From Podarcis vaucheri (taxonomy: Eukaryota), in the NCBI GenBank assembly GCA_965113315.1, contig OZ220375.1: a stretch of 64,000 nucleotides of DNA. One strand, 5' to 3'. The position numbers and the translations under genes are program-made. The notes below the pieces were generated by a model that saw nothing but the letters and a program-made list of their open reading frames with translations, was not told the origin of the DNA and did no database searches. Below, piece by piece: positions 49,910-63,616 of the stretch. Every line of letters begins with the position of its first letter. Positions within the stretch are counted from its first letter, which is position 1.

Positions 49910-52900
49910 TTGTGTTAAAGTGGGTGGAGAGAATAAGAAGAGAAGAATCCACTCTGGCCTTTCTTCCTCTGTTCCGTTTTACATCTTCATTCCCCACCAT
50001 TCCTTAATTTATTTCGTTTTTTATATTAATGGGCTAACTCTTTTTACCTGGTTCCCTGTCCCCCTTGCCATTTATTCATCTGTGGTCTCAGGATTTCAAA
50101 ATTAGTAACAGTGTGAAAACAAAGATTTCTTACTATATCTCAGTCTAGAGAAAGACATCATTTCACCACTTGCTCCTAAACAAAAGGAAATGTAATTGTT
50201 AGGAAACTTTGTGCTGCTTAAGATATAAGCTTGAGAAAGAGGGTTGGTATCTGCCTCTGTCGATGAGCAGCAGCTAACCAAGTTTGTCCCCATGAACAGA
50301 GAAAAGAGCCTATATTGCTGTGGGATTGTTTAGTAACCTTCTTCAAGAACACCTGCTGCTTTGCATTTTGTTACAGGTATGTGTGATAGTGTAAGTCTAA
50401 AGCAGATATCAACTGCATACACAGGATTTGCAGTGTGAAATATCCCCTACTTCAGTCCTCAGGGAATTAGTCTTCAGAATCTCATCTCTGCAGGGGGACA
50501 TGTTTCTATGCTGGGAAGGGGGCAAATGCCCAATTTGCCACAGGCATATGCCTTTTAAGTTTTCTTGAATGGGGTTTGACTAGAGCCATACCACTGCATG
50601 CAAGGGCCAATGCATTGGCCTTATACCTTTGAATTACAAGAGCAAACAGCATTGAAATCCTGCCAGCTCCCTCAACTATGGTTCAAATGATGCATACTGA
50701 GGAGCAAGGTGACGCTTGCCTCATGCGATTCTCCTTTGGGGACACTGTTTTTGCAAATGTAGGGACATTAAAAGCAAATTTTCATACTATTTGACTATTA
50801 CTACCACTTTTCTCCCCTCTTCCACTTGCCTGCCTTCTTTCTCATCTTTCCAGCCTAAAAAATGCCACAAGTTCCATGCCCGTCTCTTTGCTCTTGCCGT
50901 AACATTTGCAGGTTGTCTCAAAGGACTTGGGAGGCGTTCTTGGGGGAGGGGAGCAAGGAGGTTTGTGGGTTTCAGATTTGCTCCTTGTGTTGAGTCCGAT
51001 AAGCATGGCTGTTTCTCTTGGTTTTCATGACAAAATTGTGGTTGTACGTAGAAATTTGTGAGGTAGAGGTGTGGTTCTAGGGTTTTTTGTTAAATGAGAT
51101 AGGTGCACTTAAGTGCAAGTGCATGGGGGAAGAAGGGTAACTTCCTGGAAGGGCGTGCATGTGGGAATAGGTGCACCTTTTAGAATCAAGAGTCTTTCAT
51201 AATAGTTGCATATATCTGATGCTCTCTTCATCGCATGCATGTTTGTTCCTCAGTACGTGCATGTGTGGAAGAAGCATCACAAATCATAGACACCAAAAGG
51301 TTTCGTTATCACCTCCAATACTTTTCCATGAAGATTGTTCACCCTTTCAGTTATGAGTTAATCAAGCATTGCTCATGTAGTATGAACAAGTCCCCAAATT
51401 TGGGTGTGCATGCTCCAAGGGAAACCTACAGCACAATGCAACCAGCAGGAATCTATTTCCCATATTTTTTGAAAAGGTGCCAGAGAATTCAAGTTTTCAC
51501 AGGTGGGGGGGGGGGAAAGAGTCCAAAACTAGCACACTGTGCAGAAATGTCTGAATAATGACTGTTTCTGAACATAACCTGCATATGTGTACTGGCTGAA
51601 GAAGCTATCATACTAGCAGAAAGAGCTCTTTCCCTCACCTGTCAAAGTTGGAAGACTAATTGCATTTGTAGTACAGATTCCAGGGTCGTCCTTACAAACC
51701 CTTCCCCCCCCCTTGCTGTTTAAAAAACATTTATGGTACGAGTTGTAGTTGTGCATTTACCTAGGCTAAGTGAAACTACTTTAATTGCAGAGAGTACTTT
51801 GCCTTTTGTGAATGGCTCTTCCTCCCTGCCACTGCCTTTATCATCTGATAGAATTTTTCTCTCTCCCCTGCCCTCTCAAATTTCCATCCTTCAGGTGTAA
51901 GTTCCCAAGCAACACAGGCTTTGCAAAACATAGTCTAGTTTATTGGAGTACTACCTGAAACACCGAACAGCAACAGAGCTCCTATTAGAATTATTACACA
52001 ATCTATTGCATGAACGGTTGTAAATGATACAGATTTTATAAGGCAGTCCCACCACCACTTATACATTACACAGTTGGAATTCCCTGGATGTGTTTGGAAA
52101 TTTCCAAGTGAGAGGATAAGATGGTTTAAGTAAAACAAAACACACAAACCCAAGAAGCAGCGGGGGGGGGGATCTCAACTTGGTGATAGCATACATGGCT
52201 TTTTAACAGTAAGTTCACAAATATGGCAACAGAGGCCTGATCCTCAGAGCTAGGTCCAATAAGGAACTATGGTGTAGGTTTACAGTATGCTGTATTTAAA
52301 GCTTGACAAGGCGTATGTTATCTGAGTTTGCCAAACTGATGGTGGTTGTTGGTGACTGGGTGGCAGCCTCTAACTGAACCAGGTGTCTTGTCATGGGTGC
52401 AGAAGATTCTGCAACAGAAAAGGATCATAGCATGCAGAATTAGAATCACAGAACTGTAGAGTTGGGAGGACAGTGCTCAGAGTGATTAGGAATTTCCTCT
52501 TCCTGTTCTCTCCATTTCCTCAAATAGTCTTGCTACCCAACACGTGCATCTGTCTTTGTACTGAGGTGGGGAATCTGTGGCACTGGATGTGGTGCTAGTC
52601 CACAGCTCCCATCATCCCTGATCATTGACCATGTTGTTGGGGACTGGTAGGGAGTCAAGTCTACCTTCTTCTGAAAAGCTACTGGCTCCGCACCTCCATA
52701 TGATGGTGGACTCAACTCTCCATCTGCCCAAGCCAGCATAGTAAATGGTCAAGAATAATGGAAGCAGCCCCACTGCTGCCACATAATTATTCCAAAACCC
52801 CACACCATTGTGAAACACATCTTCTGTACCCTAGCCAGAGCAGCCTTTGTACAATGCCACAGACCTAGGCATTCAAGGATATTGGAGGAATGTTTGTAGA

Positions 52901-54445
52901 AACTGCAGCTGCTCAAAAAAACCCCCCAAAGTGGTAGAGAATATTTTTTTTTGGGGGGGGGAAACTTGCAAAGCGAACTTCTATTTCTAAGTGGTGGTGA
53001 GAAGAAAAATCTTTAAAAACTTTCTTTGCATGTTTTTCTGAGAAAATGTCTGATGCGGTGTTCAAATGTTAAGCCGACGCCGGTTGCTAAACTTAATACA
53101 TTCCTTGCGAGATAAGACACCTTGAAGATGGGCTGTGTGCATGTGTTTTTGTCCTTGTTAGGCTGAGTCGGGACTAAGGCTTTCTGCTTTAGGAGTACCA
53201 CCTTGTAAAGTCTGTTGCTGCCTTTGCTTGCTTATTGTTTTGAGCCATGGATAAAAATCAGTTCAACTAATTGTTGGGAAGTATAGATTGTCCATTGTTT
53301 CTGTAAGCAAAAGTATTTTGTGGAATGAAGTAAAAAAAAGAAAAGTTGAGTAAGTTGTGACTAAGATGGAGGATGGGATAGCATGGGAGAGGAACCGATT
53401 GGGTTCAAGAATGTTACTTTGTTGGCTATATCACTGTACTGCAGTACCAATGTGGTAGCCAGGGTTCTTCAGACAGATCAGCATATTGGTCACCTTTCAA
53501 CAATTTCCAATAACTCTATGATACTGTATTTAAAAATAAAGCCTGCAGTTGTATTACTTTAGGATGTGAGGAAGATTAATATGCCTGAAGTGAACAAATG
53601 TGAGATTTTCCCCACTGAGCGCATATACCATGTCACTGAGATTATTTTCTGTTTGCATTAGGGGATTAAGCTAGGGCTGGAAAAATGTCATCTTTTGTCA
53701 GTTTTTGTATTGGCTTAAGCTGTAAATAAAACAATAGCCCTCTTCATTCAGTATGAAGCAACAAAAACAAACACAAAGTTATATTTGAGATCATTTGACT
53801 CCCTGATTCTCCTGAATATTAACAGCCCTTGCCTTCATCCATTTATTTCACTGCTCAAATCTTCCCCTTCCCCAGGTATAGGATCAACCATTGAAACATT
53901 CTGAGTTATTTTCCCCCACCCCAAATTTAGCCATCTCCCTAAGTCATAATATCTGTTTTCAAACATGGATTTTGATTGTCTTTATGGCTCATTTTAGGAT
54001 GCATAATGGCATCAGTTTTATAGAGGGTTAGACCCATGAGGGTTCCAATCGAGGGCCATGTTGAACTGACTGGCTGGTGTCTTGTCTTGGTATATAAATA
54101 TACATATCTAGGGGGTTGGAAAAGTGTTAAAATTTGACAGATGAAAATCATGGTTTTGAAAGTTAAAGAGGAAAAAAAATGGGCTTTTTGTCATGAACTT
54201 GAAAGTATGAAAAAGGGACAATGGAGTTTGAAAGACCCAACAAATTCCCTTTTAAGTTTCACGGGGGTGGGGAAACGGGGTGGGAGGGGGTGGGAAAGGA
54301 GTAAGATCTCCATATGATCATCCTAGCTTAGCTACCTGTCTGTGACTGTCCATATTGTACTTGTGTGTTATAACAACTGGTTTACACCGACTTGCTGTAA
54401 AAGTGAATTTGGAAATAAAGAATTCATTACTACAATATTAAACGA
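49910..54445 (+). other. MAPT: MAPT long 3'UTR
   Basis: Ends in block tagcttagct...gctgtaaaagtgaatttggaaataaag matching the mammalian MAPT mRNA terminus as I recall it. Confidence 0.8.
54414..54442 (+). terminator. MAPT distal polyadenylation signals
   Basis: AATAAA 54414-54419 and ATTAAA 54437-54442, followed by U/GU-rich sequence. Confidence 0.85.
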
Positions 54446-55059
54446 GCTTTGCCTTTGTTGGAGAGATATGGTGGAGATGGGGGTAGTGCAGAAGTCACAC
54501 CGTTCTTGCCGCAACTAACAAACAGATGTTTGTTAGCACTGTTCCAGTTTCATACACTTAAGCCTTTGTAAATTTACCACATTATTAAACTGAAAAATGT
54601 TCCTGTGAAGATGGTACTTCCAGAATTCCTGTTTTTGCTTTCATTCACTTTAAACTGAATTATCATCTGGACAAGACACTCATCCTCTCTATAGCACTAT
54701 AGGCATGGCAAGACCTTTTTGTATTGAGGGCTGTATTCACCCTTGGGTAACTCTCCAGGAATCATGCGGCAGTAATGAGCATCACAAAAAAAAACCTGCT
54801 TGCATCCTAACCAGGCTGCTGGACTAGGCAGAAAGGTACCCACCTCAGCACCATAGCTACCACCATTTATTATATTCTGGGAGAAAGCCTGTCTTTGAGG
54901 ATGCTAGTTTCAAAAAAGAAATTTTAAAAATGATTTAAAAGTTTAGTCACATTCTTAAAGCCATTGCTTGCTTTTATTCCTTGATAATTTCAATCGATAC
55001 CTCTGCATCCTCACTAATAATAGCACTCATCCAACTGTTATTTCCCAAAGAAGAGATTT

Positions 55060-56981
55060 AGCACACAGTTTTCTTAACTTTTTAATTTTTTTAATCTTTT
55101 TTTTTTTATAAGCACACATTTGTGCTTTGGCCAACAGAATCAAGACATTAAACAAAGATCAGCTTCTCTGAAGAAAAGCGTTTCTATATAACAAGGACAT
55201 TACACAGCTTGAAGCAGGAAAAGAAATATTTACAAAATACAAGGTGGTTTTTTTTCTGGATTTTTCCTTTATAACGCTAAGAGGGTTATTCAGAATTTTC
55301 AACCTTATAAATAGAAAAGCACTTAATGCAGAGGGATATGGTAGCATTGGGTTTTTCCTCTTCTTAAAAAGAAATTAACTAGAACAGAACCAAAAACATT
55401 AGGTAATGTTGAAAATTGTGAAAAAACCCCAACCATTAAGCAGTTTAGCTACTATTTCGTTACGATTACAAAATGAGAAAAAATGTATTTTTTTCCTTTT
55501 TTGGTGATGTGATTAATACAGAAGACAGGCGCAATGCTAACAACAGGACAGGGACCAACAGCCACACCGCTAGGGGTCAGAAAAACATTACAGATGGATC
55601 GGTGTGCAGAATCTGGGAGCCACTGGGGATGTGATGTGAACGGCCTCTTTAAATTAAAAAACAAAACAAAGTGATTTTTAAAATTTTCAAACCTGTTGAG
55701 CTTGTCAATAGCCAGCCCAAGAAGTTATGAGAAAGAGGAAAGAAAACTTGACGGAGAAGTTGACTTTTGAACTAAGGGGTGTGTGGAAGTGGAGTTAAGC
55801 AGTAGTGGTGAAAAACAAAGTCCTATCTTTCTCCAGAAAAAAAAAGTTGAAAACAATTTAGATACTCAAACATAGCTTAAAATATAATATGTAATCTCAA
55901 GCAATGCATAGACCATATATTTCTATATAGGGTGGGGGAAAACAATGAATTTTACGACACTTGCTAAAATATGGCTTGTGAATCTGGGGTGGCAAGTTCC
56001 TGAATCCTGCTGACATCCCTCTCAGTATTTTAAGGCTTAACACTACTGTATTGCAACTGAGCAGCAGAAGAAATCAACCTACTGCAACTTTCAGACTAAT
56101 GGGCAAAGTGCAAAATTAAAAAGGGAATACTGAAGAGAATGACACCCCCCCAAAAAAAAAATTCTAGATGGGCTGACAGCCTTTTCCCTGCTCCTAACTT
56201 GCTACTTGGGGAGGGATTAAGCAGCACAGTATGAGCTGAATAAAACTGATTTAAAAAAATAAAATCACATCCAGGGTACTGATAGGAAATTGCCTTTTCT
56301 TGTACAAATCTTTTAACATGGAGAGATGGTCTGAAAAGCAGCAACAAACAGCAGAATGGATTAATAAATGTAACACAGGGTGAAGGAACTGGAGGGGAAG
56401 AGCTTCTTCTAGCCCACAAGGTGGGAAGCCATCTCTTTTGGGTGCAGCTTCAGGGAGAGTTTGCATTGCAAGTGCATTCTAGTGCCACTGTGGCCCAAGA
56501 GCAGAAACAGATAGTGAGGGAAGTTGTACTCAGAAGACGTCACTTTTCACCACTAATTTCACTCCACTAAAATCCTGGGGGAGGGGCACAGTGATTGTGG
56601 TAAGGTGAGGAGAACAGACACCGAACAGAAGAAAAAGAAAAAAGGAGAAAGAAAGAAAAGCCTTTCACCAGAGAACCAATTCCAGGGGTCACTTGGCCAG
56701 CTTCACCCTCCTGTTTGTGGAGTGTACACCTAAAGAATGGGAAAAGGGAGACAAGTTTGCTCTCCTCATTAGACCACACAGCACTGGATAAAAGGTGTGC
56801 GTGACAAGGAAACATGGAAAGAAAGAAAGAAAAATAAAACAGTTTCTAAACTCCTTAAATTCACTAAAAACTGTGAAAATTCCCGGCAGGATGTTTGAAT
56901 ATCAAACGCAGATTTCAGAAGCTTTAATGCCAAGAGTTAGTTTGGTGGATTGCTTTTTGCTCTCATCTTCCTGTCCATCTC
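55060..56981 (-). other. KANSL1: KANSL1 3'UTR
   Basis: Follows the stop codon; AU-rich terminal block with ATTAAA signals at 55081-55095 and an alternative AATAAA at 54973-54978 (minus strand); end approximate. Confidence 0.7.
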
Positions 56982-57209
56982 TTATCTGTGGGTCGGCCGC
57001 TGAACTGTGGCCACGGCCCCTGGATTCCGGCTCTTGAGGCAAGCGAGGGTGGGCGAGGTGGGAGCTCCGTCTGTTTCCCGGGAAGGCTTGCTGCCGGAGG
57101 TGCGCCGTGTGGACCGTGAGGCCCGGTCGTGCGGATCCAACTGGTCCTCGCACTCTGTCTTGGGGTTGTAGGACAGTGGGAAGTGGCGTCGTTCCCAGGG
57201 CTGTACAGT
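56982..57209 (-). CDS. KANSL1: KANSL1 last coding exon
   Basis: 228 nt; [12 protein letters not shown]...RRTSGSK...QRPTHR*; ttttcag acceptor. Confidence 0.96.
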   Translation of the reverse strand, partial: TVQPWERRHFPLSYNPKTECEDQLDPHDRASRSTRRTSGSKPSRETDGAPTSPTLACLKSRNPGAVATVQRPTHR

Positions 57210-58102
57210 CTGAAAACCAACCAAGACTGGTCAGGGGGGTTTCAACATTGATCTGCACACCCTTTAGAATACATCAAACCATTATCTCTGTAGCTAAGTC
57301 CCAGACACACAGTTCACTACAGAAATCTGTACGGCAATGTTAATTGAGGCGTTTCTGAGAAACATGTTGCCCGGTTGGGAAATGAACGGGAGTTGGGACA
57401 GTTAGCACCAACACTGAATTGGGACCTTGATAGAGTCGTTGCCTTGTCCAAATTTTTCTTGGAAATCTCCAGGAGGTATCCCCCAACTTCCCTGGGCAAT
57501 GTATACATTCTATTCCCATACACAAATCTTCCCAATATTTAACCTAAATCCTCCATCCCTGAATCTCCTCCTGGCCCATCTTGGTTCAGAAGTGTCTGGT
57601 AGACCCTTCTGGTGCCCTGAAGATGTTCTACCATTATTCCCCATTGGCCATATTAGCTGGGGCTGAGAGCTGTTGTCCAAAACATGTGGTAACCCTGGCT
57701 GGGGAAGGTTGTTCCATTATCAGCATAAACAAGGGATGGAAGCTGTCGCCCTCCAGAGATTGGCCAAGCTGGCTGATGCGGAAGAGAGTTAAGTCTAACA
57801 CCAGAAGGCCCCTGGCATAACCTCACCTGTGTACACAGACAGACTGATAGCAGGTCCACTGAAATATTGTGTCCAGTGCTTTTGTTAAGACAGTTTTTGC
57901 ACACAGATGGACTGGGGAAGGGGGCCCTGCTTTCTGTCCAGAAAGTAAAACCCCACTTTAACTACAGGCACCCTGGAAATCCGTTATTGGCGGGCGGGGA
58001 AGAGAAATTGCCTTCTTCACAGTAGACATTACTTGTCTGTCAACACAACTAATATTACCACCTGGAATGCTAAGCAAAGCCACAAAGAAACCCACCACCC
58101 AC

Positions 58103-58349
58103 CTGTTCATCAAGGCCAGATTCCGGTGTGGAACATCGTGTGTCCTCACTGGACAGATGCCGCATGGAGTCCCGGGACAGAGGGGTGTGGGGACCAGAGA
58201 ACATGTCTGGGCTGATGGGGCTGCGTGGCGAGTGGGTGTGGGAGACATCAGAATGCGCGTAGCAGTTGCCAACATCGGGTGATGCTGGTTGCGGGGTCGA
58301 GGGGTTCCCCAGCTGCGGCGTTGTCCGTCCATCTGTGGATCTGTAAGAC
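58103..58349 (-). CDS. KANSL1: KANSL1 penultimate exon
   Basis: 247 nt; [26 protein letters not shown]...[16 protein letters not shown]; phase 2/0. Confidence 0.96.
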
Positions 58350-60461
58350 CTGGAATGACGACAATGCATTTCTTTTCCCCCCTCTGCTTTAAAAAAGGAA
58401 GGTGCCAGCATCACATGTTGAAAGCCACACGTTCCCAATGGCTTACATTCGAAAGGCCACCAGAACCCACCCAATAGTATGCCCTCCCACCTCACTCAAT
58501 CCAGATTAGTTTCAAGCAGAGCACAGCTGCAATGTTGGGAAAGGGCCAGGAGAGCAGGTAGATGAAGACAAGCTCCTTCTTCTCCAAGTCTGACACATCC
58601 TTCCTCAATTGCTGCCACCTCTCCTCTTTCATACCCTGACAGATCCCTGCCTTCACCCTCAGGTCTCCAGCTCCCTCAAAGGGCTCTGCCCTTTCTCCCC
58701 TGCTGTCCCATCGGAACAGCCTTCAAATCCCTCCTACGACCCGCTGCCTCTGGCACAATTCCTTCGTCTTCAGATTCTCCTCCAGAAGTGAGGCACCTGC
58801 AGTCGGGGAGTCTAATGAGGCCCTTTGGTCTGCTGGGCTGTTTGTGCCAAGCCACACAGGTCTGTCCGTCATCCGGTGTCAGGTACAGGGACAGGTTTGG
58901 TGCTGCAGCTTCAAACGCAGCACCAAATGCAAGCCGCGACGGAACAATCCCTTGGGAGACGCAGGTTAAATGCAGCACTGTTTGAATTTGGTACTTTTCG
59001 CTACTGTGCTGCTTCCAAAAGCAGTGCAACAGAAACACACCAAATCCAAAAGCAAAAGTTCCCGATTCTTCCTTTGCAGTTGTGGCTTAAATTCAAGTTG
59101 TGGCTGTACAAGGATCAGGAGCTAAGCAAATTCCCAATTCAAACAGTCTTGTCCACCTGGAGCAAGAGTCCCGCAGAAGATTGACACCTTCCAGCTCCGG
59201 CGAGATCCATTTCCTCACCCCCTGCCCTACTGTGCCCAAACCCAAGCTAATTTAACTGTAATGAAACACCTGTCCTGTCCGTCCCCCGTCTAGCCATGCT
59301 GCAGTCTGCCTCCCTCATCTTTCTACTGTATTCCTTGTGCTGAAGTCCACATTGTAACCTCCTGCACACTTCTACTTTGTTAAATGCCACAAGCCATGCA
59401 TGCCTGTAAAAGTGCAAAACTTTGCAGAACTGTTGTGCCGCCAATCCCAGGCAAATAATGTTAGTTGCCAGTGCCTGTTAATAACCTAGGTGCCATGTTC
59501 TAGGCCAGGAAAGGAGAGGTTGTGAGCTTCCAAATATTGTTGGATCCAAACTCCCATCAGCCCCAGTCAGGATGGTCCATTAAATGGTCTGGGATGATGG
59601 GAGCTGGAGTCTTTAAAACCTCTAAAGGGCTGCAGGTTCCTCAACCAGGCTCTGAATGAACCACAGTTCCTGAAGGCAGCCCCTCTTTCTAGCCTCATAC
59701 CATTGGTGCCTTATATCTTCTTCCCACAAGCAAATACCAGAACATCGCCACACTCAAGACAGACACCGCCTGTGTGGCAATACAGAGGAACACTGAAAGT
59801 AAGTTGCCCACCACCACGGCATTTGGGCTTGCAGAATCACAGAACTGCAGAGTTGGAAGGGAGGGTCATCTGGTCCAACCCAGTAAAGAGCTAAACTCTG
59901 CAAATTCACAATGAAAAGAATAAGCCATGTACTCAAAACCTTACAGGGTGATTACTGGAACCAAGTTATGTAGAGGGGTAGTTCAGATTTTGCTTCCAAA
60001 TTGTGGTTTGTAATTAGGTGCCCAAGCCTAGGGCTCAGGCACTCTGTCCTTCCTTTTGGGTGTGGCAGTTCCCCTTCTCATTTCCTCGTTTGAGACAAAC
60101 CATAGGTTTGTTTTGTTCAAATGGGCAAGATACAGTTAAACATTCTTCTGCAAACAAGGACCGGTTATCAGGATCAAACCCCGGCTTCCAATCCAGGTTT
60201 ACAAAACAAGTTTTGGTTCGAATGGAATGGTAAACAATGGCTAGTGTCCAATCAGGGTAGGAGTGACCTGCACACAACCCAGAGGCTGCACTCACAACTG
60301 AGCCACCTCAGATTGTTTCAGCCCCTGTCCTGTTTCCTTCCTGTCTGCTGGCTAGCATTGTGGGTGTTGTCTTTGACCTGTCAAGTTCTAAAAGGCCTTT
60401 GAGTAGTGCTGGCATTCTCCTTTACTGGAGGCTAGCCAACTCTGAGCATCTGCTGGAACCC

Positions 60462-60750
60462 AGAATCACAGAATCGAAGAGTTGGAAGGGACCCTGAGGG
60501 TTGTCTAGTCCAACCCCTGCAATGCAGGAATCTCAACTGAAGCATCCATGAGAGATGGTCATCCAGCCTCTGCTCAGAAACCTCCAAGGAAGGAGAACCC
60601 ACCAGCTTCCAAGGCAGTCTGCTCCACTGTCAGAACAGCTCTTACTTTCAGAAAGTTCTTCCTGGTGTTTCAATCTCAGATTCTAGGCTGCAGAGAAGGA
60701 GAGAACAAGCTTGCTCCATCCTCCCCCATGACAGCCTTTTAGATATTTGG
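60462..60750 (-). mobile_element. CR1 LINE 3' fragment
   Basis: agaatcacagaatc tail, gttggaagggaccc, tctagtccaacccc; homologous to 36665-37400. Confidence 0.75.
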
Positions 60751-60795
60751 AGGTATTTCTAGGCACTGTGGTGCTGAAACAGCAGCTAGCCTTAC

Positions 60796-60908
60796 CTGCT
60801 GCCCCGCCGCTGAGGCGGCACAGTTGTGCTCCAAAGCCACCTTGCCCGTTCTGACTCCTCACACTTGGCGTGGAGAGTGGCAAAGGCTGAGTCCGACAGA
60901 TCCTCTAT
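60796..60908 (-). CDS. KANSL1: KANSL1 exon (PEHE domain)
   Basis: 113 nt; [37 protein letters not shown](R). Confidence 0.97.
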
Positions 60909-63192
60909 CTGGAAGAGAAATCATGTGAGGTTAGCACTGAGAGAGTCTCCAAAGCCTCTCTGGTTTCAATGAAGGAGGCTGTACAAAACACCACCTGGCA
61001 CACCATAAAGGTGTCCAGGCACAGCAGCTGTTCTCTGCTCTTCCACCCTTAATTTTCTATCCATGAGCAGCTGGAAGGACAATTCAGACAATCCCACTAG
61101 TTTCTGTGAGCACACATTTGAGGCAAGAGAATTTGGGCGAGGGCTCATTTGTTCCAATTCAAAACTCACTTTGCCCATGCAACAAGCCCCAGAGTTTGAT
61201 CAGGAAACAGTCATACACAGCAAGACCCCATTTTAGGAGGTGATGAGCTTTGCTGCAGCAGAAAGACCATCCTCCAGTTCTGAAAACTGATTTAGGTCTC
61301 TCAGGTGTGCTTTTTATCCGTATCCTGGCAGTGAGAGGCTGGAACGGCTTTCTTGCAATGAACATCAGTATTCTACCTGGGACGGTACTTATTTAGGGCA
61401 AGGAGCACAGCAAGTTTTAATTTATTTAATTTGGAATGAAAGAGTGAATGAATGATACCCCCCCCCCTACTCAGCTATTCCACATACCAAACCCAAACTT
61501 CAGAAAGCTGCTGTTTTCAATTGTCAGACAACTTTTGGAAATGAAACAAAATTTTGATCCAAAGGTGGTCAGATTCCATATATGAAATGTCTTTACAACA
61601 TACGTCCTTGTTCGCTTATGTTGCAGGGAACAGGGGATGGAGAGAAGTCTGCAGCTGGAGTCCAGAACATTTAAAATGTTTTGGGCTCCAATATTTCTCT
61701 GCGCCTGGATGCTCTCCCCTTCCCTGGTATTTGGTGCCTTCCCATTTTTCTCTTTTTAAATATTGTATTGCGTTAATTCATTTGGATTGTTGGTTTTTAT
61801 TTTGGCAAAGAGCAGAATGCAGTGGTGAAATCAGAGAATAAATGAGGAGGCAATTTTATTTTTTTGCCGCAAACAAAAGGTATGTCCTCACTGCATGAAT
61901 ATTCTCAAACACTTCTTCATCAGGAAGAGAAACCTGGGAGGCATTGGGCTTTATCTTGTTCCTTCCCTGTAACAGGAGTTAAGATTTTCCCTCATCTTCT
62001 CCAGGAAGCAGACTGTACATGCAAGGAACTTGGAAGACAAGAGGCTGAGTTCCTAAAGTAACTGACAACCACAAAATGCCATCACATGGTTTTTAAAAAC
62101 CAGCTGCTATTCAGTAAAGGAAGCCTGCATGATACAGGCCTCACATGAGTAGACCTAGACGAGGTCAGATATCCTGAAGAATGTTCAGTTTCTTAGGATG
62201 AGGTTAAATATGCACCACCTGGGGGCAAAATCCCGCACGTGGGTAACTTTCCAACCATAAAACGATCACGCCATCTATCAAACACAGTGTCATTGCATTA
62301 AGCAATGAATGCCTAAGCTGAAGGCTAAGAGAGCTGCGCTGCCTGTTCAGTTCCTTCCAGACTCTACAAAGGCATATTAAATAAATCACACTGTAGGTTT
62401 TGTGGCTACATAAAAAGCCACTTCAAGGATGGCAGTCGAAGATTAAGGCAAGGCTTTCTCCTTGTAAGAAGGAATTGTTTGCCAACCCGCCAGTATTCAC
62501 TGCATGCAGCATTGTTTTCATTCTGCTGCAGTTCATCTTTCGAAACAGTTACTTGTCTCACTCTCTGCTGTGGTGAAATTTATGTAGTTTATTACGTACG
62601 TTACACTGTCATTATGTCACTCCACCCCCTTCATTTCAGTGCAAAGAACACAAGGCAAACCAGGGGGGTGGGGAGGCAAGGCAAGTCAGACTAAGCTGGC
62701 GGCTATGTAATTGGACTTTACCTAGTACTTCCGCTGAAAAAGCACCAGCCACCACAGAGGAGGTACAACTTGGCCTTATGTTCATATCAATGCAGCGAAT
62801 GTCTAAGGCAGGTGCTTCCCCTTGCAGTGGATATTCGAAACTGAGAGACACACCGGTACTGAGCCGCCCAAGAAGAGAGCTCTGACTTAGGAGGAGCACT
62901 GTGTGCATTATGTGCTCGCTTTACGCCAGAAAGTCACCCACAGGACGGGTTTTGCCATGCTCCTTTGGTGGAAACTGCTTACATGGAATGCGGCCCTGGG
63001 CACAGAAGCTCCAGAGGGGCCTATTTATTTTATTACTTTATTTTGGTTAATCTATAACCAGTCTTTCATTAAAACCAATCCTAGAGTGGAATACAATAGG
63101 AAAATATGTAACACATAATGAAATATTGTGGGGGTGGGGAGGGAGAGAGAATCAACTGCACAGAGGCCAACGAGGAGAACCATTTGGATTAC

Positions 63193-63250
63193 CTCTTCAT
63201 TGTCTTCATCGGGATTCACCTTCAGGCCACCGATATCCACCACACGCCAG
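63193..63250 (-). CDS. KANSL1: KANSL1 exon (PEHE domain)
   Basis: 58 nt; (S)WRVVDIGGLKVNPDEDNEE; ttgcag / gtaatc. Confidence 0.94.
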
Positions 63251-63491
63251 CTGCAACACAGGTCAGCAGAGAAGTCAGTCAACCGGAGAATGGGTGGCCA
63301 TCCTCAATACTCTGGGCACTTTGTACAGCCAGGCAAGAAATATGGGGCTTTTTGGGACCACCGTCAATGTCCCCCCCTTTCTCACGATGGGGAAAACCTA
63401 ACTTTTGCACACTTGTGTCCTTGTGGGTCTAGGGCCCTCCCCTCCTGTGACCTGGAGGAGAGCAAGGGGGAAACGGCGTCCCTGCGCCTAC

Positions 63492-63616
63492 CTCGGCGTG
63501 AGGATTTCTTTGTACTGCAGTTTCTCTACGCGGGTCGTCGCAGCCACAGACATAGGGATGACAATGTTGTTAATATCGAAAGAGCTTTCGCCTCTCCTTC
63601 TCCGCGGCTGCTGCTG
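63492..63616 (-). CDS. KANSL1: KANSL1 exon; gene continues beyond the window
   Basis: 125 nt; [41 protein letters not shown](S). Confidence 0.96.

Noticed and set aside
58500-59184. ORF-rich, GC-elevated stretch in a KANSL1 intron
   Set aside because: Flanking KANSL1 exons already join in frame; no convincing splice pair or homology
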